From assembly GCA_020429045.1 (NCBI GenBank), contig JAGQLS010000006.1, positions 11,993 to 75,992 of the forward strand: a stretch of DNA of 64,000 bases. Reading direction: 5' to 3'. This document shows positions 54,675-63,568 of the stretch, piece after piece (position 1 is the first letter of the stretch; each line of letters begins with the position of its first letter). A program made the position numbers and the translations under genes. Origin of the DNA: Candidatus Woesebacteria bacterium. Lineage in GTDB: Bacteria; Patescibacteriota; Microgenomatia; UBA1406; GWC2-37-13. The notes under the pieces are model-generated. The model did no database searches and was not told the origin of the DNA. It saw nothing but the letters and a program-made list of their open reading frames with translations.

Positions 54675-55697
54675 ATGTTTCATATCGCGCGCGTCAGACT
54701 CACGCTTTGGTATACGGCCATCATCTCGGTGGTTATGATTATGATGAGTGCAATTATTTATGAGAATACCATTTCCGCGATCCAGCGCAACTATGTCGCG
54801 ATTGAAGAACGCATAAACAATATGCAGGATACAGGGCTTAACAATGGACCTGTTCGTCGTGCGCTCGTTCAAAATCCACAGCTTCTCAAGGAACAATACG
54901 AAGCGGTACGCGATATTATTCTGCTGCGTATTATCCTCGTCAATAGCGGCGTCATCGTGTGTGTGGCAATCCTTTCCTACATATTTGCCGGTCGAACTCT
55001 TGAACCTATTGAAGCTTCGCATGCAGCGCAAAAGCGTTTCGTGTCCGATGCTTCACATGAGTTGCGGACTCCCCTTACTTCGCTTATGCTTTCTATCGAG
55101 GTGGCATTGCGCAGCAAAAAACTGTCTCTGGCTCGTGCTCGCGACATCCTCAAAAGCAATTATGAAGATCTGCACAATTTACACAACCTCATCGAACAAC
55201 TCCTTGCCCTTGCGTCAACGAGTAAAAATATAAAAAAAGAATTTGTCAAGATCGCAGTTAAAGATTCGCTTTCCAAAGCAATCAAACATACCAAGCCCTT
55301 GGCGAAAGAAAAAAATATCACCATTGAAAAAGCGATGACAGAAAGTTTTACCAAAGGAAACGAAACCATGCTGTACGATACCTTTGTGATCTTGCTTGAT
55401 AATGCAATCAAATACACGCCAGAAAAAGGCACGATCCGTACGACTATGACCCAATCTCGTACAAAGGTACGGGTTGCGATACAAGACACTGGCATCGGCA
55501 TACCCAAAGACGATATCCCTCATATTTTTGACCGTTTTTATCGCGTAGACACTGCACGTACCAGCGGGCAAAAACAAGGATTCGGCATCGGTCTTTCGCT
55601 TGCACAAAAAATCGTTAATCTTCACGACGGATCAATCGCGGTAGAGAGTAAACAGGGGCACGGTTCAACCTTCACCGTAACCCTCCCCCGTTGTTAA
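54675..55697 (+). CDS. sensor histidine kinase (HisKA + HATPase_c)
   Basis: Two TM helices, H-box FVSDASHELRTPLTS, N box LLDNAIKYT, G boxes DTGIGI and GFGIGLSLA. Confidence 0.92.
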   Translation: MFHIARVRLTLWYTAIISVVMIMMSAIIYENTISAIQRNYVAIEERINNMQDTGLNNGPVRRALVQNPQLLKEQYEAVRDIILLRIILVNSGVIVCVAILSYIFAGRTLEPIEASHAAQKRFVSDASHELRTPLTSLMLSIEVALRSKKLSLARARDILKSNYEDLHNLHNLIEQLLALASTSKNIKKEFVKIAVKDSLSKAIKHTKPLAKEKNITIEKAMTESFTKGNETMLYDTFVILLDNAIKYTPEKGTIRTTMTQSRTKVRVAIQDTGIGIPKDDIPHIFDRFYRVDTARTSGQKQGFGIGLSLAQKIVNLHDGSIAVESKQGHGSTFTVTLPRC

Positions 55698-55725
55698 CAT
55701 ATCCTTTCCCAACGAGCTTTTTTTC

Positions 55726-55743
55726 TTCTCAGGAGTTTCTCAG
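55726..55743 (+). promoter_or_regulatory. direct repeat TTCTCAG-n4-TTCTCAG, candidate response-regulator site
   Basis: Two identical heptamers 11 bp apart (55726-55732 and 55737-55743), 10 bp upstream of TATACT (55754-55759). Located between the kinase gene and the secreted-protein gene. Confidence 0.3.
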
Positions 55744-55851
55744 AAACACATTTTATACTCGTTTTTGTTATCAATTATCAATATTCTCGCTGAATAAGGT
55801 TTATACACCTGTTGAGGCGGCGAGAAAAAAAGAGTAAGGGGGTGAAACCAT

Positions 55852-56397
55852 ATGACATACAAACATATCGTGGCAGGAGCACTGGTTCTTGGAGCCACAA
55901 CACTTCTTGTCAGCGGTCCGGTATCTGCTCACGGTCCAGGTTTTGGGATGAATCATGACACGCTCGTCCAACGTCTCGCTTCGGCTTTTGGGAAATCCAC
56001 AGACGAAGTACAGACGGTATTTGACCAGCTTCACGAAGAGCATCAAGCAGAAATGCAGCAACAACTGCAAACAAAACTCGATGAACTCGTTGCAAATGGC
56101 AGCTTAACGGCTGAACAAAAGCAACTCGTCCTTGACAAACAAAAGGAAAATCAGACCGAACGTGAAGCCATGAAAGACCAATGGCAAACCATGACTCCGG
56201 AAGAGCGTAAAGCTCAGATGGAGAAACAACGCGAAGAAATGAAGACATGGGCTCAAGAAAATGGAATTGACCTATCGCTCGTATTTATGGGGGGACGACG
56301 TGGGCCAGGTCCACGAACTGATACAAGCCCGACTCCGCAGGCGCAAGATACGCAAAATCCATCGCTGCTTGATCAGGTGACCAACCTATTCAAATAG
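55852..56397 (+). CDS. secreted helical Q/E/K-rich protein
   Basis: Strong Shine-Dalgarno aagggggtg, signal peptide ...LLVSGPVSA/HG, and helical repeats (LTAEQKQLVLDKQKENQTEREAMKDQWQTMTPEERKAQMEKQREEM). Confidence 0.65.
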   Translation: MTYKHIVAGALVLGATTLLVSGPVSAHGPGFGMNHDTLVQRLASAFGKSTDEVQTVFDQLHEEHQAEMQQQLQTKLDELVANGSLTAEQKQLVLDKQKENQTEREAMKDQWQTMTPEERKAQMEKQREEMKTWAQENGIDLSLVFMGGRRGPGPRTDTSPTPQAQDTQNPSLLDQVTNLFK

Positions 56398-56455
56398 CGA
56401 CTTCATCAATCATCATGGATGATCCGCTTGCTGCAAAAAATTAAGCGGAAAATGG

Positions 56456-56500
56456 CCGCCCTCTAGCTTACCCGCCGAATCGGCGGGCAAAGAGGGCGGC
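56456..56500. terminator. nested GC hairpin between convergent genes (probable bidirectional terminator)
   Basis: Outer stem gccgccctct/agagggcggc (10 bp) and inner stem cccgccg-aat-cggcggg (7 bp), with T-rich flanks on both strands. Confidence 0.55.
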
Positions 56501-56537
56501 GAATCGTTTATTACCAATGAATTTTTTAAGCTATCCT

Positions 56538-56885
56538 CTATCCGTCAAGCGAGTATTTGATATACAATGTTTCCTTATCTTTTTCCAGTTGTCTAATTTG
56601 TTTCATAACATTATCCATAGCTTTGGCCATGTATGGTTTTTTGCTCAAATTGAGTACATTATTAAGCTCTGCGTAATGCGTTATCAATTGTTTATGTCTA
56701 ATTTCGATAGCCTTGCGGATGAGCTGCCATCGGATATGATTGCTAAGCCTTTGCCACTCAGGAAAGGCGCTAAGATATTCTTCTTTGTATTCGCCCATGT
56801 CAATCGCTTGCTTGAGCGTCATAGTGGGCGACGAGCTGGGGTCAGACGATGAAGTATTTGTTTCGAGTGCTTCGAGATCTTCCAT
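56538..56885 (-). CDS. hypothetical protein
   Basis: 115-aa ORF with an acidic/Ser-rich N-terminus and a helical remainder. Confidence 0.5.
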   Translation of the reverse strand: MEDLEALETNTSSSDPSSSPTMTLKQAIDMGEYKEEYLSAFPEWQRLSNHIRWQLIRKAIEIRHKQLITHYAELNNVLNLSKKPYMAKAMDNVMKQIRQLEKDKETLYIKYSLDG

Positions 56886-56956
56886 AATGAGTATAACAAC
56901 AGATATCTCGACTCAATTATACAACCAATTTATCAGAAGATCAGACAAAACGATCA

Positions 56957-58465
56957 TCAATTATTCCTGGAAGACAGTTGGATAATTTCCTTGGTTACCC
57001 GTTTGAGCGATTCTTTAAACATCCGATGTATTTTTTTTCTCCATTGTACCGGCGTAATCGTTTCATCATGTACACCATAATACTCTTCCAACAGACTGTG
57101 AAAACGGGACTTTGTCGATCTGAAAAGTGCAGAATCGTGAAACAGATTAACAAGGTGCGAGCGATTTCCCCGCAGATAGGCAATGTAGAAGGCAAGCGAC
57201 TGCTCGTCGAGGTTCAAACCAAACGCGTCCCAGCCGGTGCCGGTTGCTTTTTTACCGAACACATTAAATAAGTGCATGTTCGATTTTGTCAACATATTGC
57301 TAGTAAACCCTGCATCTTTTATTGGATCTACCCCATTTGCCACAAGGTAAATGAAAAGTCGCGCGCATTTGGAACAATCGCCACACCAGCGTTTATCTTT
57401 CCCCTCTTCGCTTTCCGACCAGCACGACATAAGATATGGAAATGTATTGTCAAAATATCTATCTTTGAGGATGCCGATAATCCCCAGATCATGTACACCT
57501 TGCAGAAACGTTGTGGTGAAGACTTCGCCCTCGGTAAGCGCTTGGGTTAAAAGCGATATTTCTTCTGTTGCCTGACCGCACTGTTCGTAATCTGGCACAA
57601 CACGATACCCGTCGTCATCGTAGAAAAACGCATTCGTGCTTTTTTCATTTCCCAGTAGGATATATCCAGATTTGTGGGCAAAAGCAAACGGTATAGAAAG
57701 CACAATCCACGAAGTGATAGCCAGTTCCCAACCAAACGATCCCTCGCCCTTTTCCCTCAGGCTTCCGAGAGGATTATCTATGACATATATTCGATCTGTA
57801 CTTTTGCGAAAAAAAAGATCAAACAACTTTTTTTTATGTTTTCCTTCGTATCCTTCGTCAAGAGGATCATTAAACCAGATAAGCGTCGGCTTCAATCCAA
57901 GGTCTTTTGCGATATGGTAGCTTAGAAAACTATCTTTCCCAAAAGTAAAAGGAATAAGCACATTTTCATCAAGAGTTTCGGGAAAGGTAATATGGAGGTC
58001 TTTCGTCGCGGCAAACACCGAACGAGAATTCAAAATAGTCTTAAGTAGCGGTGAAACGCTTTTGCCGCGCTGTCTGTTGTACAAATACCAGTACGCCGGC
58101 AAATGTCTGACAAAACTTTGATTCGCCCACAAAAACGAATGCGGATAGCCCGTATTGTATTCCAAGCGGATATTCCCCTTAAGAAGGAGTGGAAGATGCG
58201 CAGTAAAGATGCATGCGATATTGTCAAGAAGCACGTGTTTGTTGTTTTTGGGAAAACGTTTCCAAATAGTTTCAGGATAGTTTAAGCTGAGATCCTGATT
58301 GAGTTGTTTTGAAGTTATTATGATCCTTACACCATTATTTTGTACCGTGCTTTTGATTTGTACAGGCACTTCGCGTTCGTGCCACTGGCGCCACTTGTGT
58401 CCATTGGTGTGGTTTTTTTGAAGGTCGTCAGGAGGCTTTTTCTTTTTTTTCTTTGCAGTATTCAT
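56957..58465 (-). CDS. PP-loop (adenine nucleotide alpha-hydrolase) superfamily protein, QueC/Dph6-like core with ~190-aa N-terminal extension
   Basis: IPFTFGKDSFLSYHIAKDLG resembles the SGGxDS PP-loop. C-terminal CWSES...WCGDCSKCARLF resembles the QueC-type Cys cluster. Start trimmed to MNTAKKKKKK (ATG 58465). Confidence 0.55.
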   Translation of the reverse strand: MNTAKKKKKKPPDDLQKNHTNGHKWRQWHEREVPVQIKSTVQNNGVRIIITSKQLNQDLSLNYPETIWKRFPKNNKHVLLDNIACIFTAHLPLLLKGNIRLEYNTGYPHSFLWANQSFVRHLPAYWYLYNRQRGKSVSPLLKTILNSRSVFAATKDLHITFPETLDENVLIPFTFGKDSFLSYHIAKDLGLKPTLIWFNDPLDEGYEGKHKKKLFDLFFRKSTDRIYVIDNPLGSLREKGEGSFGWELAITSWIVLSIPFAFAHKSGYILLGNEKSTNAFFYDDDGYRVVPDYEQCGQATEEISLLTQALTEGEVFTTTFLQGVHDLGIIGILKDRYFDNTFPYLMSCWSESEEGKDKRWCGDCSKCARLFIYLVANGVDPIKDAGFTSNMLTKSNMHLFNVFGKKATGTGWDAFGLNLDEQSLAFYIAYLRGNRSHLVNLFHDSALFRSTKSRFHSLLEEYYGVHDETITPVQWRKKIHRMFKESLKRVTKEIIQLSSRNN

Positions 58466-58550
58466 GGAAATGAATTTGTTGCTACATACTATAGATAAAT
58501 TAAAAGAAAAAAACAAGAACAAGAATCGTTTTGATTATGATAAAAAGAAT

Positions 58551-58955
58551 TTATTGGTGTTCGTTTAAGCCATATTCTTTTTCGACGCTGCCATCATTTT
58601 TTGAATTGAGACCGTGGTAATTATGCACTAACTCTTCGTCTTTTCGAATAGCTCTTAACGCGTAAAATATTTTTGTTTGATTTTCTACATCATCATACCA
58701 ATGGATATTGGGTTCGAACGAGTGATTATATATACTTCCGTAACCCAAAACAACACATTCCCTATCTTCTCCAAAATCAAAAATATATCGATCTAAAATA
58801 GTTGGTTCTAACAGTTTTTCGTCTTTTTTTGGCAAAACAATGACAGGGCATATCTCGATAATAGACCCTTTTGATATATTTTTTTTGGCAAACATACCGC
58901 GATTGAGTACATTATTTTTTGCAACATGAGAAGTTGCCAAATACACATTTGACAT
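58551..58955 (-). CDS. SET domain protein (putative protein-lysine methyltransferase)
   Basis: NRGMFAKKNISKGSIIEICPVIVL...LGYGSIYNHSFEPN...FYALRAIRKDEELVHNY is the canonical SET pattern. Confidence 0.85.
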   Translation of the reverse strand: MSNVYLATSHVAKNNVLNRGMFAKKNISKGSIIEICPVIVLPKKDEKLLEPTILDRYIFDFGEDRECVVLGYGSIYNHSFEPNIHWYDDVENQTKIFYALRAIRKDEELVHNYHGLNSKNDGSVEKEYGLNEHQ

Positions 58956-59020
58956 ATATAACTAATCAATATACACAAAAAAATTCTAATGAAAGGAGAT
59001 AACGATCATTGCGATAAGAT

Positions 59021-59476
59021 TTATATGTTTTGCAGTCGATATGGGATGTCGAAAAAGGTCTCTCCGCCAATTATATGTTCAATCTTTATTCTGTCATCGT
59101 GGCTTTTGTATTGAATGAGCATATCACCTCTCCCCTTTTCTTGACATTCAGGTGCAGGACCCCACGAAACAGCGATATGCCACATTTTTCCGTCTGCGGC
59201 CATGCTTCTATCCCAGTAAGGCGTTATCTGTACTTCCTCATCGTTTGCTACCCCAACGATGCGTTCTACGATATCTTTGTGTGCGAGGACGGTTTGGTCG
59301 ACTTGTTCAACGGTTGGCAATTGGTCGCAGGAAAGGTAATGGTTTTTGTTGTCTGCAAGCTCGTCAAAAAGCTTACTGATGGAGTGAGTTTTGGATTCAC
59401 TGACGAAAAGAAGTATTGCGCCAGCAATCAAAAGTATCGTCAACATTACGACGATGGTTTTGAGTTGTGAAGACAT
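59021..59476 (-). CDS. membrane-anchored hypothetical protein
   Basis: 151 aa: N-terminal TM helix, then a soluble domain with 2 Cys. Confidence 0.5.
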   Translation of the reverse strand: MSSQLKTIVVMLTILLIAGAILLFVSESKTHSISKLFDELADNKNHYLSCDQLPTVEQVDQTVLAHKDIVERIVGVANDEEVQITPYWDRSMAADGKMWHIAVSWGPAPECQEKGRGDMLIQYKSHDDRIKIEHIIGGETFFDIPYRLQNI

Positions 59477-59831
59477 GTTGAAATTATTGTAGCAAGTAAG
59501 AAGACTCTTATCTATAAATAATGATTATTTTTGCGGTCTTCCATCCATTTATATGCTGCGGTACCTTTTGATTAAAATCCGAACTTTTTTTGACGAAAAT
59601 CTGGACTGCGAACTTTGACGCTCCACCTCGTAGCCGCTTGCTTCGCTCGCTGTTCCGCAAAAAAGTTTTCTTTCCTTTTAGAAGAAAAATCGGGCGCGCC
59701 CAAAATCTTAATTCTGAAAATTGGCGGTGTGCTTTCGTTAAAATCTTACTGAATTTTAACTCCGGCGGCAAATTCTTTTATATTTTCCTACTATCATAAG
59801 CCCAATGCAATACGGCTTGCCTTTGACGACT

Positions 59832-60283
59832 TCAACAACCCCAATCTCCGGGAAAACAATTATTTTTTATCTGAGATATATGTCTTCTGATTGCTCGCCA
59901 TCTACTTATTTGCCTTTGGTCGTCTTCGTGTCTTCTCCCCAAAAAATGCCGACAATACCACTGGAACCACCCTCTCGGATCATCTGGATGAATCCATCCT
60001 TTTTTCGCCATACCGATAAAGGCTGGCTGGCGTTTACGCCGAAAAAATTTAATTCTGGGTTATGTTTTTCCGGGCATAATTTTGTTTTTTTATACCAATC
60101 TTTTGGAAATTCTTCTTCACAATCAGTCATATACTTCCCGCCAAATACACCAAGCCGAAGCATTTCTTTTGGAGTTAAATCAGGTTTAAAATTTGGATCA
60201 AAATTTTTGCCGATTGGTTGAGTTAAAGTATATACATACTTTTTTTGCATTTTGTCGCTAACTATGACTATTTTTGTTTTCAT
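59832..60283 (-). pseudogene. conserved-looking hypothetical protein interrupted by a 1-nt frameshift in a homopolymer
   Basis: The track ORF 59906-60283 ends in ...SVWRKKDGFIQMIREGGSS*. After T6 60000-60005 (A6 in sense), the adjacent frame reads GWIHPDDPRGWFQWYCRHFLGRRHEDDQRQISRWRAIRRH... for 59 codons to TGA at 59832-59834. Confidence 0.65.
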
Positions 60284-61050
60284 AGTTTTTTTGGTGGTAG
60301 CGGTAAGAAAATACTGACTCTTTTTTTATATTCTTCAAAGTCTGGTCTTCCTTCATATTTTTTTTCTAAAAGTGGAATGCCCGAAACAAAAAGAATCAAG
60401 ATTGTAATGGTGATTGGACCAACAATCGAATAAGTAAACGGACTGCTTCCAAGTGAGATGATAAAAATACCCCACCAGAGCGTGACTTCGCCAAAATAAT
60501 TTGGGTGGCGGGTATATGCCCACAAACCACTCTGCATCAGCTTGCCTTTGTTTGCGGGATTTTTTATAAATTGCGCCAGCTGGGAGTCGCCGATCACTTC
60601 AAAAAAGAAACCGAGAAGCCAAACCGCAGTACCGACAAGATCAAGCCATCCCAGTGAAGAAGCCATACTGTTATTGATAGAAAGCACCGGAAAAGCGATG
60701 AGATAGAGTAAAAATCCTTGCAAAAGATACACCTGAGCGTAGGAACGCGGATAAAACCACTTGCCCCACTTTTTGCGCCACTCCAGATACCGGTAATCTT
60801 CTGTCTTGCCTTTGTTCCGCGCATGGATATGCCATGCCAAGCGCAAACCCCAAATGCTGACCAAACTATTTACTATGAGCCCTCGCACACCAAAATCTTC
60901 GGCAAGAACAAAAGAAGTCCACGCCATGAGTACAAACCCCAACCCCCACGCCACATCGGCCACATCGTTTCTCTTTTTTACCAAAGAAACCACAAACCAA
61001 AAGTTCATGTAAAAAAAAAGAATTAAAGATAAAATAAGGTAATAGCTCAT
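60280..61050 (-). CDS. DUF1295 / steroid 5-alpha-reductase-like membrane protein
   Basis: [21 protein letters not shown], and [15 protein letters not shown] motifs. Stop overlaps the downstream ATG (ATGA). Confidence 0.8.
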   Translation of the reverse strand: MSYYLILSLILFFYMNFWFVVSLVKKRNDVADVAWGLGFVLMAWTSFVLAEDFGVRGLIVNSLVSIWGLRLAWHIHARNKGKTEDYRYLEWRKKWGKWFYPRSYAQVYLLQGFLLYLIAFPVLSINNSMASSLGWLDLVGTAVWLLGFFFEVIGDSQLAQFIKNPANKGKLMQSGLWAYTRHPNYFGEVTLWWGIFIISLGSSPFTYSIVGPITITILILFVSGIPLLEKKYEGRPDFEEYKKRVSIFLPLPPKKL

Positions 61051-61168
61051 AGTGACTGAATGATACTAAATATTATATAATAAAGACGTATGATTATTCG
61101 TCAAAGCCATATCGTCTTGATTTTTAGACTTATTGGGGTAGAAATTTTACTGGCCTTTATCTATTTGA

Positions 61169-61597
61169 TTGTTAGAATACCAAAAACGGTATTTTTTATC
61201 TTCTTTATTGGATGCCTCTTTCAATTCGTCTTTGAACTATATCGGTCTTGGATATTTTATGGTGTTATCTCTGATCGAGCTCGTAATTGTTCTAAAGGTA
61301 ACCTTGGGTTGGGCTAACAATGTTTATGAGATACGGGATGATTCAATTATTCACCGCCAGGGTATTTTCACGCTTAAGGAAGATGTATACACACTAAGAA
61401 ATCTAGGTTCTGCCACAATACAACAAGGTTTTTGGGGGAAGTTACTAAACTACGGGACGATTACCCTATCGAGCCCCATACTCAAACACGAATTTTATCT
61501 ACTCGATGTTCATAATCCAGAGAATGTCGCTCAATCTTTTGATAATAATATCGATGACAAAACAAAAAAAGCTGATACTATCAGAAATAGAAGCTAA
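61169..61597 (+). CDS. bacterial PH domain (bPH_2) protein, N-terminus uncertain
   Basis: YEIRDDSIIHRQGIFTLKEDVYTLRNLGSATIQQGFWGKLLNYGTITL. The track start is TTG and the first ATG gives MVLSLIEL. The overlapping ORF 61090-61317 encodes two TM helices in another frame. Confidence 0.55.
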   Translation: MLEYQKRYFLSSLLDASFNSSLNYIGLGYFMVLSLIELVIVLKVTLGWANNVYEIRDDSIIHRQGIFTLKEDVYTLRNLGSATIQQGFWGKLLNYGTITLSSPILKHEFYLLDVHNPENVAQSFDNNIDDKTKKADTIRNRS

Positions 61598-61995
61598 TGA
61601 TTATTCCGAATTGCCTCTTTACTGTTTGGGTCTTGGTTTATTAAATAGCGGTTTGCAAAAAGTAGTGCCACAAATGAAATAATTCCCAATACAATATCGA
61701 CCGTAGTAATATCGGGCTTTAGCATCTTTCTCGCGACGACAAAAGCGAGTAATTCCAAAATCGACATAAAGTTATGGGTTACCAACATCCGTGCTAATTC
61801 TAATCCAATGGTGGTTAATAATACCCGATAGATAAAGTCGTAAAAAGTCTCCCTGCTTTGCCAATCTGCTGTTATAAAAAAACCCATATTTGAAAAAATA
61901 TAGAGACAGACTGAAATTATTACAATCGCTGCCAAAATCGTCTCTATCAATCTCACTGATTTATGAATGGTATCTTTAACATCAATTTTGTTCAT
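61594..61995 (-). CDS. PsiE-like small membrane protein
   Basis: 133 aa, 4 TM helices, with LLTTIGLELARML and ELLAFVVARK resembling the PsiE family. Confidence 0.5.
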   Translation of the reverse strand: MNKIDVKDTIHKSVRLIETILAAIVIISVCLYIFSNMGFFITADWQSRETFYDFIYRVLLTTIGLELARMLVTHNFMSILELLAFVVARKMLKPDITTVDIVLGIISFVALLFANRYLINQDPNSKEAIRNNH

Positions 61996-62390
61996 AATCC
62001 TAGTTTGTGAGCGATTAAAAAGCTAATAACAGAAACAGAAGCCGCTAGCACAGCACCCCAAATCAAGTCAATGATTGTAACCAAAAGCGGCCAATCTTTG
62101 GCAACCGCCAAGCTCGTCAGATCATAAGTGGCATAGCAAACTAAGCCAAAGAGCGCGCCAAAAATGAGAGCGTGCGCCCATGAACCTTTTTCAATAGCCG
62201 GAGCAATCACAAAAACCACCAATCCAGCGATAAAAATCAGGTAAAAGATAATCGCGGCTATCCAATTCACATCCGCCTTCATAAGGTGGCCGATCTGCTT
62301 TGCGTAAAAATTTTTGGCTACAAGTCCAAGCCAGACCATATCTATGGCAAAAAATACTGGAAGAGCAATAAGGTAAAGTTTAGTAAACAT
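61992..62390 (-). CDS. DUF2177 family membrane protein
   Basis: MFTKLYLIALPVFFAIDMVWLGLVAKNFY... and YATYDLT are typical of DUF2177. Confidence 0.7.
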   Translation of the reverse strand: MFTKLYLIALPVFFAIDMVWLGLVAKNFYAKQIGHLMKADVNWIAAIIFYLIFIAGLVVFVIAPAIEKGSWAHALIFGALFGLVCYATYDLTSLAVAKDWPLLVTIIDLIWGAVLAASVSVISFLIAHKLGL

Positions 62391-62392
62391 AA

Positions 62393-63154
62393 TTATTTAT
62401 TCTTGTTCTTAATACTTATAAATACAATTACCCCTAAAAATACAAACAGACACACAGCCACAGTCCAAATTACGCTTTGGTATTGACCATTAAAGCCTCT
62501 TGCCGAAAGATGTTTGGCAAGTATCGCGCCGTACGCCCAAATAAGTACGAGTCCATAGGGAATAAAGCGGTCACGAAGCATCCGCCATGAGCCAATAAGC
62601 GCCCCAACTAAAAGCACTAGAACAGCCCAAAAACTTTCCGGCAACCCAAATCCGTTCCAACCAAGGTAAACGAGGAATACGGTAATATTGGCAATGGTGG
62701 CAACAGTAATCCAGCCAAAATAGACGCTGAAGGGCAACCGCACTAGCCATGTCTCTTTTGAAGTAATGGCGCGACCTCGAAATATATCGGCTATCCGAAT
62801 CAGTGTCACCAATAGACTGGCCATGATAAGCACCGAGAGCCAAATCAGGTCATAATGCCACGCAAACATCCATGAAGCGTTCAGGAGCGAATTTACTATG
62901 AATATGTGATTGATCTTCGCCACCAGTTCATCATTTTTGCGACTGAACTGATAGATGACATAGATGCCCAGAAGCGTGTAGATGAGTCCCCAGATGGAAA
63001 ACGCGTAACCGGCCGGAGCAAAAAGATTAGGATAACTATCCGAAATCGCGCCGGTGTCCCGGCCCGCAAGCGGCAACGCTACCGCCAAGTAGTTCACGCC
63101 GACCATCACCATATATGCGACCAGTGTTGAGATTTTTAAAATAAGTGTATTCAT
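62393..63154 (-). CDS. TspO/MBR-related tryptophan-rich membrane protein (long form)
   Basis: NYLAVALPLAGRDTGAISDSYPNLFAPAGYAFSIWGLIY N-terminal signature; 253 aa, multi-TM, Trp-rich. Confidence 0.6.
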   Translation of the reverse strand: MNTLILKISTLVAYMVMVGVNYLAVALPLAGRDTGAISDSYPNLFAPAGYAFSIWGLIYTLLGIYVIYQFSRKNDELVAKINHIFIVNSLLNASWMFAWHYDLIWLSVLIMASLLVTLIRIADIFRGRAITSKETWLVRLPFSVYFGWITVATIANITVFLVYLGWNGFGLPESFWAVLVLLVGALIGSWRMLRDRFIPYGLVLIWAYGAILAKHLSARGFNGQYQSVIWTVAVCLFVFLGVIVFISIKNKNK

Positions 63155-63158
63155 AAAT

Positions 63159-63374
63159 TTATTTTATTAACCTATCAATAGTTATGTTTAACCCACTAGC
63201 TATTTTCATGACTGTTTGAATAGTTGGTTTGGTTATCACATTGCTTTCAATTTTGGTAAGCGTTGCATAGGGAAGATCGGATTTTCTCGCCAATTCATCC
63301 TGCGTTAACCCTTGCTTATTTCTAAGCAGTTTTATTTTATCCCCAATGGTTTCATTATTATTTTGACTTTTCAT
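63159..63374 (-). CDS. XRE-family helix-turn-helix transcriptional regulator
   Basis: IKLLRNKQGLTQDELARKSDLPYATLTKIESN is a classic HTH_3 motif. Confidence 0.85.
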   Translation of the reverse strand: MKSQNNNETIGDKIKLLRNKQGLTQDELARKSDLPYATLTKIESNVITKPTIQTVMKIASGLNITIDRLIK

Positions 63375-63568
63375 AGTTTCCTAAGTATGATACTATTAGT
63401 ATAGCTGCTTATTTCACCCTTCATAAATATGATAACAAATAAAATGAAAACAGCCCAATTAAAAATAAGGGAAACCCACTTTTGACCTGCCCCGTAGTAG
63501 CGGGGCAAAGATAAAAAATTCCAATTTGCGCCGAGGCAACCTCTTACGATTTCGCACAAAGTACAATT

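Noticed and set aside
59508-59771. 87-aa minus-strand ORF in the 355-bp spacer at 59477-59831
   Set aside because: Basic, low-complexity translation with no ribosome-binding site. The spacer contains a 10-nt palindrome gggcgcgccc but nothing I can assign, so it is left unannotated.
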